DNA from: Podarcis liolepis
Lineage: Eukaryota
Strand: one strand, 5' to 3'
Assembly (NCBI GenBank): GCA_965112155.1
Contig: OZ218111.1
Length of the DNA: 64,000 nt
Shown here: positions 12,729-25,108 of the stretch, in pieces
How the letters are laid out: each line of letters starts with the position of its first letter
Position numbering within the stretch: the first letter of the stretch is position 1
The notes under the pieces: model-generated
Told to the model about the DNA's origin: nothing
The model's database searches: none
The model's input: the letters and a program-made list of their open reading frames with translations, nothing else
Program-made: the position numbers and the translations under genes

Positions 12729-12882
12729 CATTAGATACTCTCAGCATTGTTTCACAGGTTGTTTTTAAGTTGAACATCATTAATGCCATGAGGCTCACAA
12801 TTACATCTAGGCAAGGTGCTGTTCTGAGCAACTAGGAAGACCAGCCTCGTATCCATGCCCTCTCCCTTTTTTATATCCACAG

Positions 12883-13088
12883 GTCAAGGATGTTGTTGGG
12901 TATGACACGCTGGGACACTGCTTTTTTACCGAAGATGGCCCTGAGGTACGCAATACTTTTGATCACTGCCTTGGACTCTTGGTGAAACCCAGCACTTTGC
13001 TGCCCTCTGACCGAGACACAAGGATGTGCAAGACGATCACAGAAGGGGCTTACCCAGGATACATCCCCAAACCTAGACAGGACTGCAA
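12883..13088 (+). CDS. CEMIP: CEMIP coding exon
   Basis: ccacag|GTC..AA|gtgagt; VKDVVGYDTLGHCFFTEDGPEVRNTFDHCLGLLVKPSTLLPSDRD..PKPRQDC. Confidence 0.95.
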
Positions 13089-13193
13089 GTGAGTCAAAAA
13101 ACAAACTTCTAATTTCCTTTGGCTTACTGAACTGATTTGCCTGGTGTATCTTAGTGAACCATTACAGCCCATTGGGGAGCTTCTTATGCCTAT

Positions 13194-13451
13194 TGTTGTT
13201 GTTTAGTCGCTTAGTCATGTCCGACTCTTCGTGACCCCCATGGAGCAGAGCACGCCAGGCACTTCTTCTGCCTCCCGCAGTTTGGTCAAACTCATGTTCG
13301 TAGCTTTGAGAACACTGTCCAACCATCTTGTCCTCTGTCGTCTCCTTCTCCTTGTGCCCTCCATCTTTCCCAACATCAGGGTCTTTTCCAGGGAGTCATG
13401 TCTTCTCATGAGGTGGCCAAAGTATTGGAGCCTCAGCTTCAGGATCTGTCC
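13194..13451 (-). mobile_element. Bov-B (RTE) LINE 3' fragment
   Basis: GQILKLRLQYFGHLMRRHDSLEKTLMLGKMEG..RWLD on -, (CAA)n tail. Confidence 0.9.
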
Positions 13452-13498
13452 TGCCAATACCTTGCTTGAAAAGAGAAATCACCTAAATTTCCACTTTG

Positions 13499-13500
<2 letters not shown>

Positions 13501-13546
<46 letters not shown>
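13501..13546 (+). repeat. (TC)n microsatellite
   Basis: Read directly. Confidence 0.95.
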
Positions 13547-13550
<4 letters not shown>

Positions 13551-15633
13551 CCCCCCTCCCCCCCCCCGAAAATCACAGCCAAAATGAAGCATTTTAAGTC
13601 CTTCAAGTCTCAATGGGGAGAGACTTGGGTACACACTCAAGCGAGAGGAATATTGCATTAGTTTTCCTGGTTATAATGCTGGCGCCTCTCCTGTTTTCTA
13701 ATGTTCCTTTCACACAGCAATACCTGTTGTGTTGTGGAACTGTGGCTTTTTGACCGATATACAAGCACGTTGTGCTAAATTTCATTCACACCTGCGGGTG
13801 TAGTGTGACACAACAACAAATGACATTAGACGTCGCTGCTCCCCCACTCTTTCCACAAATGTGTGCTTCTGCTCTCCTAAGAAAATGGCAGGAAAGAAAT
13901 GTATGCTGGGATAGCTCCCTGACTTTCATCACTTTACTCCCATGGATTTTTTTCTGGAAGCAATTAAACATGGAAATGAGTGCGAATCTTCCACCATATT
14001 GCGCTAGATCCCTGGAAGTGGTTTTTACATTGTATTAAAGCTTGAATATAATGGGAAAATAGACACGAGGGAAACGGAATATACTGTTGTATACAACACA
14101 GCTATAATTAATCTCTCATATTCAAATCAAAGATTAGAACTTAAAGGTAGGGTGCTGTCTGTTATTATTTAGTGCACGGCAACCCAGGTATACCAGTGTT
14201 TCAATGTTGGGGATGTCCACAGCGTATGTCACAGTAAACAGTGGCAAGAAAAAAGTCTTGTATACCTGGGATTTTGCTACATTAGTCAAGAAACAGCATT
14301 TTGAATGCATTATAAACATGTAACACCAGATGGCATCAGAGAGCAAGAAAAAATCTAAGCAATTTTCCATAGCGGTTTTTTCTCCTTTTGTTATAACAAT
14401 TTAATTTCTGACTTATTTATAGCGTTTTATTCCTATGTGTAGATCCACCCCTGGGCTGCAACGTAAAATGTGTTGTGATCTACACTGGCAGCCACAAAGT
14501 TTAACAAACTAATGGGACAGTTTTGCAAGTAACAAGCCTAAGTATGGCTAAGTATAATTGTGCAAGCATCCAGATATTTGCAGGAAAAATCTCTGCCACT
14601 CTGCAGGAAAAATCCTCCTCCAGTCCTGCTACTGTGAGCTAAGCCATGTGTTAATATGGCTGGTTTTGTGGTTTGTGATGCTCTAGACAAATCATGAGTC
14701 AAGAGCAAACCTTAGTTACAGCTTGTAATTTATCTGGATCAAGATAAGCCATGAGCCCAGATTTGGATAGAACACCAAGCCAAATCATGGAGGAGCAAAG
14801 CAGGTGTGTGTGTTTTTTCCTTGCAAGTACCCGTGCTCACACATTCACTCCTAGCTATGCTTTGGCTTAGTGTTACGTGCAAACTATATCTCAATTTCAT
14901 GGCAGGATTGTGTATGAGATTTGACCAAAACGATATATTCTTTTCAAAAAGGGAGCTTGGCTGGAAACAGACACATTTTATAGCATTATGTTTTAAGAGC
15001 CATGTGAATCCTGGGAAACAGGCAATATGTGAGATAATTTCAGTGCCAGCCAGGACTTGGCCAAGCAAGTGACCATGAAAGCCAAGCTGTTTGCCAAACA
15101 AGTACCTTTAAATCCTTCAGGGATTTCAGGTACCATGAAAGCACGAAAATTCAATCAGGTTGTTACTTAAGGCAACCCCTAGCAAACTCGGGGCTTCCTA
15201 GAGGTTTTCCTTTGCTTCCTTTTTTGCCGACTCATATGCGGAAACATTCGTCACAGCATAAAACATAAATGATATAGGATAGTTTCATACCATAGAAATT
15301 CCTGCTGGGATTCCTAAAGGCTTTCAAGGCAGGGCTGTGTCGCAAGTGTGACAGCTGTAAGGATGCTGTAACAGCGACACAGGAAGGTGCCTTGTGCTGA
15401 GTCAGAACATGGGCCCATCTGCCTCAGTGCTGTCTGCACTGACTGGCAGCAGCTCTCCTGGAGATGCCAGGGATTGAACCCCAGACCTTCTGCAGGCAAA
15501 GCAGGTGTCCTGCCATTTTACTAAGGCTCTTTTCCATGGTGGTGGTAAGAGAGAAAGAGAGAAAGTTACTCTGTTCTGTAAAGGAAAACTTCTCTGCTCG
15601 GTTATATAACCTGGTTTGGTTTGATTAAATATA

Positions 15634-15866
15634 TAGTTGTACCTTGGATCCGAACGCCTTGGTACTCGGACATTTTGGCTCCCGAATGCCACAAACTTAG
15701 AAGTGACTGTTCCGGTTTGCGAATGTTCTTTGGAACCCAAATGTTGGACGGGTCTTCCGATTGGAGCTTCCTGCAGCCAATCGGAAGCCGTGCCTTGGTT
15801 TCCGAACGTTTTGGAAGTCAAACGGACTTCCGGAACAGATTCCGTTCGACTTCCAAGGCATGACTG
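15634..15866. mobile_element. TA-MITE, family C
   Basis: TIR ..GTACCTTGGA / TCCAAGGCATGACTG; related copies at 26810-27059 and 44653-44894. Confidence 0.72.
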
Positions 15867-15956
15867 TAATGCCCGTCCCTCTGCACACTCCATTTGGGAA
15901 TTGTGTATTTTTGTTTTTGTTTTGTTTACACTTATCTTTTCCCATCTAACCAACAG

Positions 15957-16026
15957 TGCAGTCTCTACCTTCTGGCTGGCCAACCCACACAACAATCTTA
16001 TAAACTGTGCAGCTGCAGGATCCGAA
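15957..16026 (+). CDS. CEMIP: CEMIP coding exon
   Basis: caacag|T..GAA|gtgagt; AVSTFWLANPHNNLINCAAAGSE. Confidence 0.95.
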
Positions 16027-16464
16027 GTGAGTACAAAGGGAAACAATTGCCTAGTGGTGCAGCAATAAAACTGCTAGCACATTTGCAGAGCTGAGCAGGG
16101 TCTGGTATGGTTTCAAATTGGATGGGGGACCGCATTTTGAGATTCTTGCATTGCAGCGGGTAGGGCGGCAAATGACCCCCCGGGGTCCTTTCCAAATTTA
16201 CAGTTCTATGATTCTAGCTGGAATAACCTTGGGATTCTAATCCTCCACCCCACTACAACCCTTCAGGTTCCTGTTGAAACAAAAGCTGCTTGGGGCTGTT
16301 CTGAAAAGCAGGCACAATGCCTTAATACAGTTTGGGGTGGAAACAAAATCCTGATTCATTTCTTTTCCACCTGCCTTGTGCAAGATCTCGGAGCACAATT
16401 GGAAGCATTCAATGACCCGTTCCATTAGTGCGAGGACTTTTGGCTGTGTTATGGAACTCCCCGA

Positions 16465-16820
16465 GGGACGCGGGTGGCGCTGGGGGTTAAACCACTGAGC
16501 CTAGGACTTGCCGATCAGAAGGTCGGCGGTTTGAATCCCCGCGACGGGGTGAGCTCCCGTTGCTCGGTCCCTGCTCTTGCCAACCTAGCAGTTCAAAAGC
16601 ACATCAAAGTGCAAGTAGATAAATAGGTACCACTCTGGTGGGAAGGTAAACGGCGTTTCCGTGCGCTGCTCTGGTTCGCCAGAAGCGGCTTAGTCATGCT
16701 GGCCACATGACCCGGAAGCTGTACGCCGACTCCCTCGGCCACTAAAGCGAGATGAGCACCGCAACCCCAGAGTCGGCCACGACTGGACCTAATGGTCAGG
16801 GGTCCCTTTACCCTTTACCT
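16465..16820 (+). mobile_element. Sauria SINE, full length
   Basis: gggacgcgggtggcgctg head, ccctttacct tail. Confidence 0.9.
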
Positions 16821-17096
16821 CTCCCATCACTGTTCTGGGTTGTCCCCCCCCCAACCTTTAAGTGCAGATTTGGGGAGGCTGTGGGACACACACAGGGAAA
16901 GGAGGGGGCAAGTTCCCTGGCAGAAGTAACAGTCCTTGTGCTGGCAGAACGAGTGTTTCCCAAAACGAATGGTTGCACTTTGTTCCCTCCACACGCCCCG
17001 CCCCACCAATGTGCAGGCTTCTGCTTTTTGCTGTTTTTAATATCTCACGTATCCCAAGTCTGGCATAGGCTGAATCTGTTGTGTTCTCTCTTGCAG

Positions 17097-17225
17097 GAAA
17101 CCGGGTTTTGGTTTGTTTTGCATCACGTACCGACGGGACTCTCTGCAGGAATGTATCCCCCTGGCTACTCTGAGCACATTCCAATGGGGACCTTCTATAA
17201 CAATCGGGCACATTCGAACTATCGA
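17097..17225 (+). CDS. CEMIP: CEMIP coding exon
   Basis: ttgcag|GAA..CGA|gtgagt; ETGFWFVLHHVPTGLSAGMYPPGYSEHIPMGTFYNNRAHSNYR. Confidence 0.95.
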
Positions 17226-18157
17226 GTGAGTACACATGCAATTGGAAGTTAAGTTCCTATCTTCTTTTTCCAAAGGCTGTCTTCCCCCCCTTTTCCAATC
17301 TCAGTGTCAAGCCATTATTGGCCACCATTCTGCTTCCATAATATCAACAGCATACGTTGTCTCCCTGCCCTACTCCAAGCATTTTTATCTACAAATGCTG
17401 TTTTTAGTTAGCTCCAACTTTTGGCTCTAGATGGAGGAGAGTGATGAATAAAGAGGCCTTTTTCTCTTTCAATTCCCAGCTGATTGTTGCATGTTGTTGT
17501 CTGTAAGTTTCACTAAATAGGCATGCACACACAAACGTGTGCTGTTTCTCAAATGCCAAGATCTGTTGAAGCAGCAACCAACGTTTGTGACACATAATGA
17601 GTACTGTACTCAGGACCCAAACTAGACAAGGTGTTAAATGCATTGATGTATTTCATGTGTCCAGTAGCTGGACGCCCCCAGGGCTGTTTAGGAGGAGGGG
17701 GGGTGAAACTAGACGTGTCGAGAAAAAATTATTCATTTAATGCGTTGTGTTGTTTGGCCTTTGGGGTGAACAGGGAACGAGTAGGTGCTGAAACAATTAT
17801 TCAGTCTTCTTAAAAAAGGCACATAGTAGGTCTTGTGGGGCTTGGCCTGGGGAATAGTCTCAAGGGGCAAGCAGAGAGCCTGGAAAGACCACATTTGGAC
17901 CCTGAGCCAGAAGCTCCTCACCTCTGCTCTCTAACATAGTTTGTTATTATGGAGAGCTGGTAAACATTCAAACCCTCAGGTGCATTAAAACAAAATGATG
18001 GTACAATCTGTGCCAGGCAATGTTCCAAATTCTTTTGCTGGTGTAAAGCGAATGCATTGAAAGTACGTGCATCTATGTATGTAAGTTTGCATGCTTATAT
18101 ATTTCCCTCCAAAGGTTTTGGCTGACAGAATCCCTCCCTCCTTCCCTTCTTTTCCAG

Positions 18158-18243
18158 GCTGGAATGATCATTGACAATGGAGTTAAAACGACGCCAGCGT
18201 CTGCCAAGGACAAAAGGCCCATCCTGACTCTGATCGCGGGGAG
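18158..18243 (+). CDS. CEMIP: CEMIP coding exon
   Basis: tttccag|GCT..AG|gtaatc; AGMIIDNGVKTTPASAKDKRPILTLIAG. Confidence 0.93.
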
Positions 18244-19169
18244 GTAATCTGATTTTGATTGGTTTTATTTGGAAAGTAAAGTCCTCTTTTTGCAGCTCAG
18301 GCTGGGGAACGAATGCTGATCATAACCGTTATAACCTTTTAATTGTTTGGAGGATGTGCATGTGTCTGTGTGGAGGGGGGAGATTTTCAACAGATCCACA
18401 TACATTCAGCCACATCTTAAGCATGTGATTTCCCCCAAAGAATTCTGGGTACTTTATTAGTTCCCAGGATTCTTTTGGGGAAAGTCGTGTCCTTTAAATG
18501 CGTGGTGGGGACCTGCTGTTAACTTTCCTTCAGCCAACTCCCTTCTCCCAGCAGGATTCAACACCAGTCTTTTTAAGTCCTTACCTTGTTCCCCTGCCAT
18601 ACTTGCATCAGGTTCTCTTCTAGTCCTCAGTGTTAAACCTCTCCCTGCTGATTTACTTTGAATTTACAATCTGCACTTTCATTTTTTAAAAAATACAGCA
18701 AGGCGGAGGATAAAATCAACAAAAGAGCCATACAAATATCAAAAAAAAAAAGTTATTTCTGCTCAGTATTATTTTATTGCTTAAGTTATTAAAGCCTAAA
18801 AATGACAATACAATAAAGCAGCTTTACAAACGAAGGTTTGCTGGAAATGCAGCTCATCTCCCTGGAAGATACCCATGCCGATGGTGTTTTCATTTAATGA
18901 TTTGTATTATAAGTCTGGAATGTATTGCTGATATCTCTGCCCCCCTAAATATTTCATATCTGTTTTCTGAGTCAGACCTGTGGTCTGTTTCCCTCATTGC
19001 TTCCCACACTGGCTGGCAGCAGCTCTCCAGGGTTTCAAGCAGAGCACATTCACAGCCCTACCTAGAGATGCTGGGAATGGAAGCTGGGACCTTCGGGATG
19101 CAGAGGATGCTCTGTGCCTGAGATCTGGCTTTTCTACTCTGCCCTTTGGTGTCTTGGGTTCAGAGTATT

Positions 19170-19299
19170 CACAGAATCATAGAGTCAGAAGGGACCCTGA
19201 GGATCATCTAGTCCAACCCTCTGCAATGCAACTGTCCCATATGGGGATTGAACCTGCGACCTTGGCCTTATCAGCACCCCGTTCTAACCAACTGAGCTA
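19170..19299 (-). mobile_element. tRNA-derived SINE with CR1-type 3' tail
   Basis: On -: tagctcagttggttaga..ggttcaatccc head fused to gggttggactagatgatcc..tctatgattct tail; sister copies at about 49222-49366 (-) and 43631-43748 (+). Confidence 0.7.
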
Positions 19300-19353
19300 G
19301 TCGTCATGATTCCTTTAGCATCAGTAGTTTAAAGATTAAGCTTTTGAGGTCCA

Positions 19354-19354
19354 C

Positions 19355-19394
<40 letters not shown>

Positions 19395-19743
19395 TTATTA
19401 TTTATACCCTGCCCATCTGGCTGAGTTTCCCCAGCCACTCTGGGCGGCTCCCAATCAAGTGTTAAAAACAATACAGCCTTAAATATTAAAAACTTCCCTG
19501 AACAGGGCTGCCTTCAGATGTCTTTTAAAGATAGGATAGCTGCTTATTTCCTTCACATCTGAAGGGAGGGTGTTCCACAGGGTGGGTGCCACTACCGAGA
19601 AGGCCCTCTGCCTGGTTCCCTGTAACCTCACTTCTTGCAATGAGGGAACCACCAGAAGGCCCTCGGTGCTGGATCTCAGTGTCCAGGCTGAACAATGGGG
19701 GTGGAAACGCTCCTTCAGGTATACAGGACCGAGGCCATTTAGC
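19354..19743 (-). mobile_element. L2 LINE 3' fragment with (TTA)n tail
   Basis: Same family as 7616-8072; flanked by the 18-bp direct repeat ttaagcttttgaggtcca. Confidence 0.8.
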
Positions 19744-20212
19744 TTAAGCTTTTGAGGTCCATAAATTGAAACACCTCACCTTAATTTGGATAATCATCTC
19801 GCTCACCCTGACTCATTTCTAGCAGTAAGGGTTATTTAGGACCAGCTCCATATTTGCATCAGCGCGTAGCTTCGACTTAGGCAAGGAAAGCCTATTAATC
19901 AGGGAATTGCTCTCCCCAGCTGCAAAGGCCGCAATCTGATTGCAGTAAGCCTGCCAAAATCAGGTTAATTTTCTGGAACTCTGCAGGTTCCCCTTTCCCA
20001 GTTTAGCTCAAGAGGTTGGTTTATTAAGTGAAGCAAAGGGGCTTTCTGGATATCTGTCAGCAAACGGAGCAAATCTCTTCTGCCTGCCTTGCTGAGTCAG
20101 GAATTCTTTACTCTTTAGCGTTATCTGTACTTAACACTACTAATCCGTCATGTTTGTCCAAGCTGCATTGTGATCCACGGAGGACAACCCCTTTCACTAC
20201 AGTCCAAGGCAG

Positions 20213-20586
20213 CTGACACACAATTCAAAGTGTTGGTGCTGACCTTTAAAGCCCTAGACAGCCTCAGTCCAGTATATCTGAAGGAGCGTCTCCACCCACA
20301 TCGTTCTGCCCGGACACTGATGTCCAGTGCTGAGGGCCTTCTGGCGGTTCCCTCGCTGCAAGAAGCCAAGTTACAGGGAACCAGGCAGAGGGCCTTCTTG
20401 GCAGTGGCACCCGCCCTGTGGAACACCCTCCCACCAGATGTCAAAGAGAAAAACAACTACCAGACTTTTAGTAGACATCTGAAGGCAGCCCTGTTTAGGG
20501 AAGCTTTTAATGTTTAATAGACTATTGTATTTTAATATTTCGTTGGAAGCTGCCCAGAGTGGCTGGGGACACCCAGCCAGATGGGC
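20213..20586 (+). mobile_element. L2 LINE 3' fragment running into the assembly gap
   Basis: QFKVLVLTFKAL..RAFLAVAPALWNTLP..FSRHLKAALF, the typical L2 ORF2 C-terminus. Confidence 0.8.
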
Positions 20587-20729
20587 NNNNNNNNNNNNNN
20601 NNNNNNNNNNNNNNNNNNNNNNNNNNNNNNNNNNNNNNNNNNNNNNNNNNNNNNNNNNNNNNNNNNNNNNNNNNNNNNNNNNNNNNNNNNNNNNNNNNNN
20701 NNNNNNNNNNNNNNNNNNNNNNNNNNNNN
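20587..20729. other. Assembly gap (143 N)
   Basis: Run of N at the position expected for an L2 microsatellite tail. Confidence 0.99.
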
Positions 20730-21427
20730 GCTTGGAGCAGACAGGCTTTTCTTTTCCTCTGATGTTCAGTTGTAGAATTTGACTATACCTGAAAGTAGCC
20801 TAACTTGGTGGGCTGCATCTTTCTGTGGGTCCCTATCTGGTCCTTGCTGCCTCTGGGTGGACAAGCAATGCATACCCTCCAACATTTATCCAATGAAAAC
20901 AGGAACATCTTACATAATAATTCTAATATTTATACCTCGCCCATCTGACTGGGTTGCCCCAGCCACTCTGGGCAGCTTCCAAAATATATTTAAAAACATA
21001 ATAAAACATTAAACGTTTTTAAAAAACCTTTCCTACACAGGACTGCCTTCAGATGTCTCCTAAAGGTTGTCTAGATACTGATCTCCTTGGCGTGGGGAGG
21101 TTGCATAACTCCAACATTTACCCTCCAACATTTCTTTGATGAAAATAGGGACGTCCTAAGGAAAAGCGGGACATTCCAGGATCAAATCAGAACCTGGACA
21201 GCGTCTATAAATCTGGAACTGTCCCTGGAAAAGAGGGGCACTTGGAGGGTCTGGGAATGTCACGGGGTGACATGGGACCTCCTGTGGTGAACATTGGTCT
21301 GTAAATATTGGAAATAAATATACAGCATGGCCAAAGAAGCACCCCATGTTACCAGCTCTGAAATCTCTTGAGGGCCGCTGCTCTCCATGTTGCTGACCGC
21401 GTTTCCTTCCACTTGTTGCAATTCCAG

Positions 21428-21559
21428 ATACAGCCCGCATAAGGACGCTGACCCTCTGAAGCCCAGAGAACCTGCTCTCATCCGACACTTCATTGCTTAC
21501 AAGAACCAGGACCACGGCGCCTGGCTGAGGGGAGGAGATGTGTGGCTGGACGACTGCCA
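21428..21559 (+). CDS. CEMIP: CEMIP coding exon
   Basis: attccag|A..CA|gtgagt; YSPHKDADPLKPREPALIRHFIAYKNQDHGAWLRGGDVWLDDC. Confidence 0.95.
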
Positions 21560-23719
21560 GTGAGTGTGGCCTCAGTTCAACCCTCCAGAGTTCAGCTGGG
21601 TGTTTATGGCGAGCAGAGGGCTGTGGGGCTAGGACTGTGTTGCTTGTTTATAACGCTCCGCATCTTTCATCCGGTGGAGATGAATGCAAAGAAAGGGAAC
21701 CAGGAAGAAAGCAAACCAACCTTGCTGTTTTGCAGAAACAAACCCCTGAGCGCGAGGGTTGTCGAGTTGTTTGTGTGCATACGTGTGTGATTGAGACCCG
21801 TTACAATGAGCTGCGGCGGAAAAGGGACTTTAAATAAACCTTTTCTGCTTGAGCCTGAAATAAAATATAAGCAGCTGCGCCAATGGTTTTGTTTTATGTG
21901 GTAGCCTGTTATTGCCAAAAATTCCAGTGCCAGGGAGGTAAGACATAAGACAGTGCAGCATGTAGAAGGGTTGTGTAAATAACAGGCGGTTAGAGAGTCT
22001 GGAAATGGGAGCAGACGCTTCCTGTCTTCTCCTTCTCCGAGACAAGATTGTCAGGTTGTGCCCTGCAAATCTTACCTGTCTGTTGCATGGCTGCAAAGCG
22101 CCCCCCCCCCAATCCAGCAAAGAAAACTTTTAAGAGCTTAGGATCCTTCCTTATACTGGATCAGACCATTGATCCATCTAGCTCAGCACTGTTTGCACTG
22201 GCAGGCAGCGGCAGTTCAGGGTTTCCTGCAAAGGACCACCCCAGCCATAGTTGGGGATGGCAGGACTTGAACCCAGGGCCTTCTGCTACGGCCCTTCTTC
22301 AGTTAACCTCCTTGCCTTTCTCTGCCTCTGGCCCTTACACCCCTTGTTCCTTTGCTACCTGCTGCAGAGTCATATCAAAGCCATGCTTATTCTAACAGGC
22401 AGGAAGCTGCAACTTTCCACAACTTCTGCCATAGTGGAAATGGAGGGGAACCTAAAGCTGGGGCAGGGAACCTGTGGCGCTGTCAGATGATGGCAGACTA
22501 CAAATCCCATCATCCCTGACTATTGGCAATGCTGGCTGAGGCTGATGTGGAGGTGGGAGCAAAGGGCTGCAGGTTCTCAGTGTTAAAAGAGACGAGGAAG
22601 CTCTCCTGATTGCAACCTGCCAACTCGGAGAGACAACCAGTCACATGTCTGAAGGCTTTCATTCATTTCCCCTGCAGTAATGTGCAGGGGAAGGTAGGTT
22701 TTGTGGGAAAGGGAGCCACCGGAACACTGCTCTCCAACAAATTCAATTTATCTGGTACAACCCCAAATTTGGGGGGCCTGCACCAATGGCGGCCAGTGCC
22801 TACAGGGACTGGTAGCGCGGAAGGCAGGGGCAACAGCCGCCATTGCCGCAGGGAGTGGGCAGTGCCAGCTAATTCTGACACAGCAATGGCGCATGTCACT
22901 CAAGAGACAGATGCTTAACAGTTGTCTCTCTATGCAGCTTTGATTTCATGCCACTGTTTGCAGGTGAGAACCATACCTGGCCATTTCCTTGCTCCGGACT
23001 CAATACCGATAGCTGCAAAAATTTTGATGCATGTTGATGGTGCTGAATGAATGATCCTGAACTATCACCTGCGTTTGCAGGTAACGCTAAGCCCAACCAC
23101 GATCTGTAGCCAAGGTTGTTCTTAGCTACAGATTGTGGTAGAGGAAGAGGCAGCTGAACCAATATCCTGGGTTCAGACAATATGCCAGGCCAAATCTAAC
23201 CTAAAAAGACTTGCGGGAGGAATAAAGTGAGTTCACGCTCCTCTCTGGAGGCCAGCATGTTTGAGTGGTCCTGGTATGCCATAGTTTGGCTTTCTGTGAC
23301 GACTGAACAAAGCCAGAGTACCATACAAATAAGTAAAATTTGAGAAGGGTTATATAACACTGCAGCCACATGTGGTTGCTTCCAACTTTTTTCCTGTTTA
23401 GATGCCTTCTCCCTGCTGCCCCAAATGTCCTCAGAGCCAAGCTAATATCTCAAACCCGTCAGCAGAGCACAGAAGTATTTTCCATGTTGTTAAGTTTTTG
23501 GCAGCGTTTATTTCGGCAAAGTTCAAATCAGCCTCCAGCTCTCGTAACCTAGAGTTTTATAGACGTGGGGGTCTAGCCATTTTAATATTTGTTACTGTAA
23601 TATATTACACCAGAACAATATATGCTAATGTGAATTGCAACACTCGACATCTTTCAACACTGACTAGACAGCCACGGTTGCTGCAGGAATTCTGCGCAAA
23701 CGGTAGTCGTGTGACGTCT

Positions 23720-23743
23720 CTGCCCTCTTGTGGCGTAATAGCA
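23720..23743 (-). promoter_or_regulatory. Candidate CTCF site in a CEMIP intron
   Basis: On -: TGCTATTAC-GCCACAAGAGGGCAG, a core motif with an upstream-motif-like segment. Confidence 0.55.
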
Positions 23744-23992
23744 CCAGTGAAAGCAAATCTCTTTCGCCCCTCTGCTGTGCTTTCAATAAGTCACATTTAT
23801 AATTGCCCTCTGTTCAGAGACATTTCTGCAGTCTGTGGAATTACTCCAGAGCAGGGATAGACAAATGTTTCCATTTGTTTCTCTCAGTTCCCTATTTTTC
23901 CAGTCTTCAGTTGTCTACATTTCCACATCAGTTTTAGATTTTATATCCTCATGAAAATTCATTAGTGTTTTAGTATGAATTTGTCCCTAATA

Positions 23993-24234
23993 CAGTGGTA
24001 CCTCGGGTTAAGTACTTAATTCGTTCCGGAGGTCTGTTCTTAACCTGAAACTGTTCTTAACCTGAAGCACCACTTTAGCTAATGGGGCCTCCTGCTGCCA
24101 CCGCGCCGCCAGAGCCCAATTTCTGTTCTTATCCTGAAGCAAAGTTCTTAACCTGAAGCACTATTTCTGGGTTAGCGGAGTGTGTAACCTGAAGCGTATG
24201 TAACCTCAAGCATATGTAACCCGAGGTACCACTG
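23993..24234 (-). mobile_element. Tc1/mariner-type MITE, family A (inverted relative to 604-845)
   Basis: TA-flanked perfect TIR CAGTGGTACCTCGGGTTA. Confidence 0.82.
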
Positions 24235-24475
24235 TATACAATTTTTGCAAAGCCCATTTCCCTAATATTTTTTCATGTTGCTTTCACTGCTATGTGCATT
24301 TTCAAGCACACTTTATGCACCATAAGAAAAGCAAATGCCTCTATTTCCACATAATAGATGGGGGAGGGGAATAACCCGCATTGAAAGAAGGTGACCCAGT
24401 TTGTCATGTGTCAAAGCCTGGCCTTGAACCCAAGACCCACCAGGCATCTGTTCTAAAGTTCTCTTTTCCTTGCAG

Positions 24476-24511
24476 GTTTGCTGACAACGGCATCGGGCTC
24501 ACTTTGGCCAG
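24476..24511 (+). CDS. CEMIP: CEMIP 36-nt coding exon
   Basis: tgcag|G..AG|gtaagt; FADNGIGLTLA. Confidence 0.93.
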
Positions 24512-24621
24512 GTAAGTGCTCCTGGCGCTTCTACGTTTTCTTGTATTTTCACTTGCATAAGATGTTGAAAGCAGGATTTGACCAAAGCACTTCTGCTAAC
24601 GTGCGATTCCATCCCTTCTAG

Positions 24622-24777
24622 TGGCGGAACATTCCCACACGACGACGGATCAAAGCAAGAGATAAAGAACAGCCTCTTTGTAGGTGAAAGTGGAAACCCA
24701 GGGACAGAAACAATGGACAACAATGTCTGGGGACCTGGAGGCCTGGACCACAGCGGACGGACTCTTCCCATTGGCCA
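24622..24777 (+). CDS. CEMIP: CEMIP coding exon
   Basis: ttctag|T..CA|gtgcgt; GGTFPHDDGSKQEIKNSLFVGESGNPGTETMDNNVWGPGGLDHSGRTLPIG. Confidence 0.94.
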
Positions 24778-25108
24778 GTGCGTCTTAAGTTTCTGTATTT
24801 TCCATTTTGTTCAGGTTTCCAGGAGAGTATAGGGCTTTGCTTCCCCCCACTCCAAATCACTGTGGATGGAGAAAACGGAAAAAGTTTTTTCCTCCCTCTC
24901 TCATAAAACTAGGAGTGAGACATTCAGCCAAACTGAATCTTGGTAGATTGAGGATGGACAAAAGAAAGTACCTTTTCACAAAGTGTGTAGGCTTTGGCCA
25001 ATATTCTCTATCTGCTAGCGCAAGGGTTCTTAGGCCAGCGGACAGAAGCATTTTCTGTTGTGCAACAGAGGGAATATTGTGGCGCAGAGTGCACTATTTC
25101 ACAATACG

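Noticed and set aside
20510-20782. ORFs spanning the poly-X region
   Set aside because: Artefacts of translating the N gap
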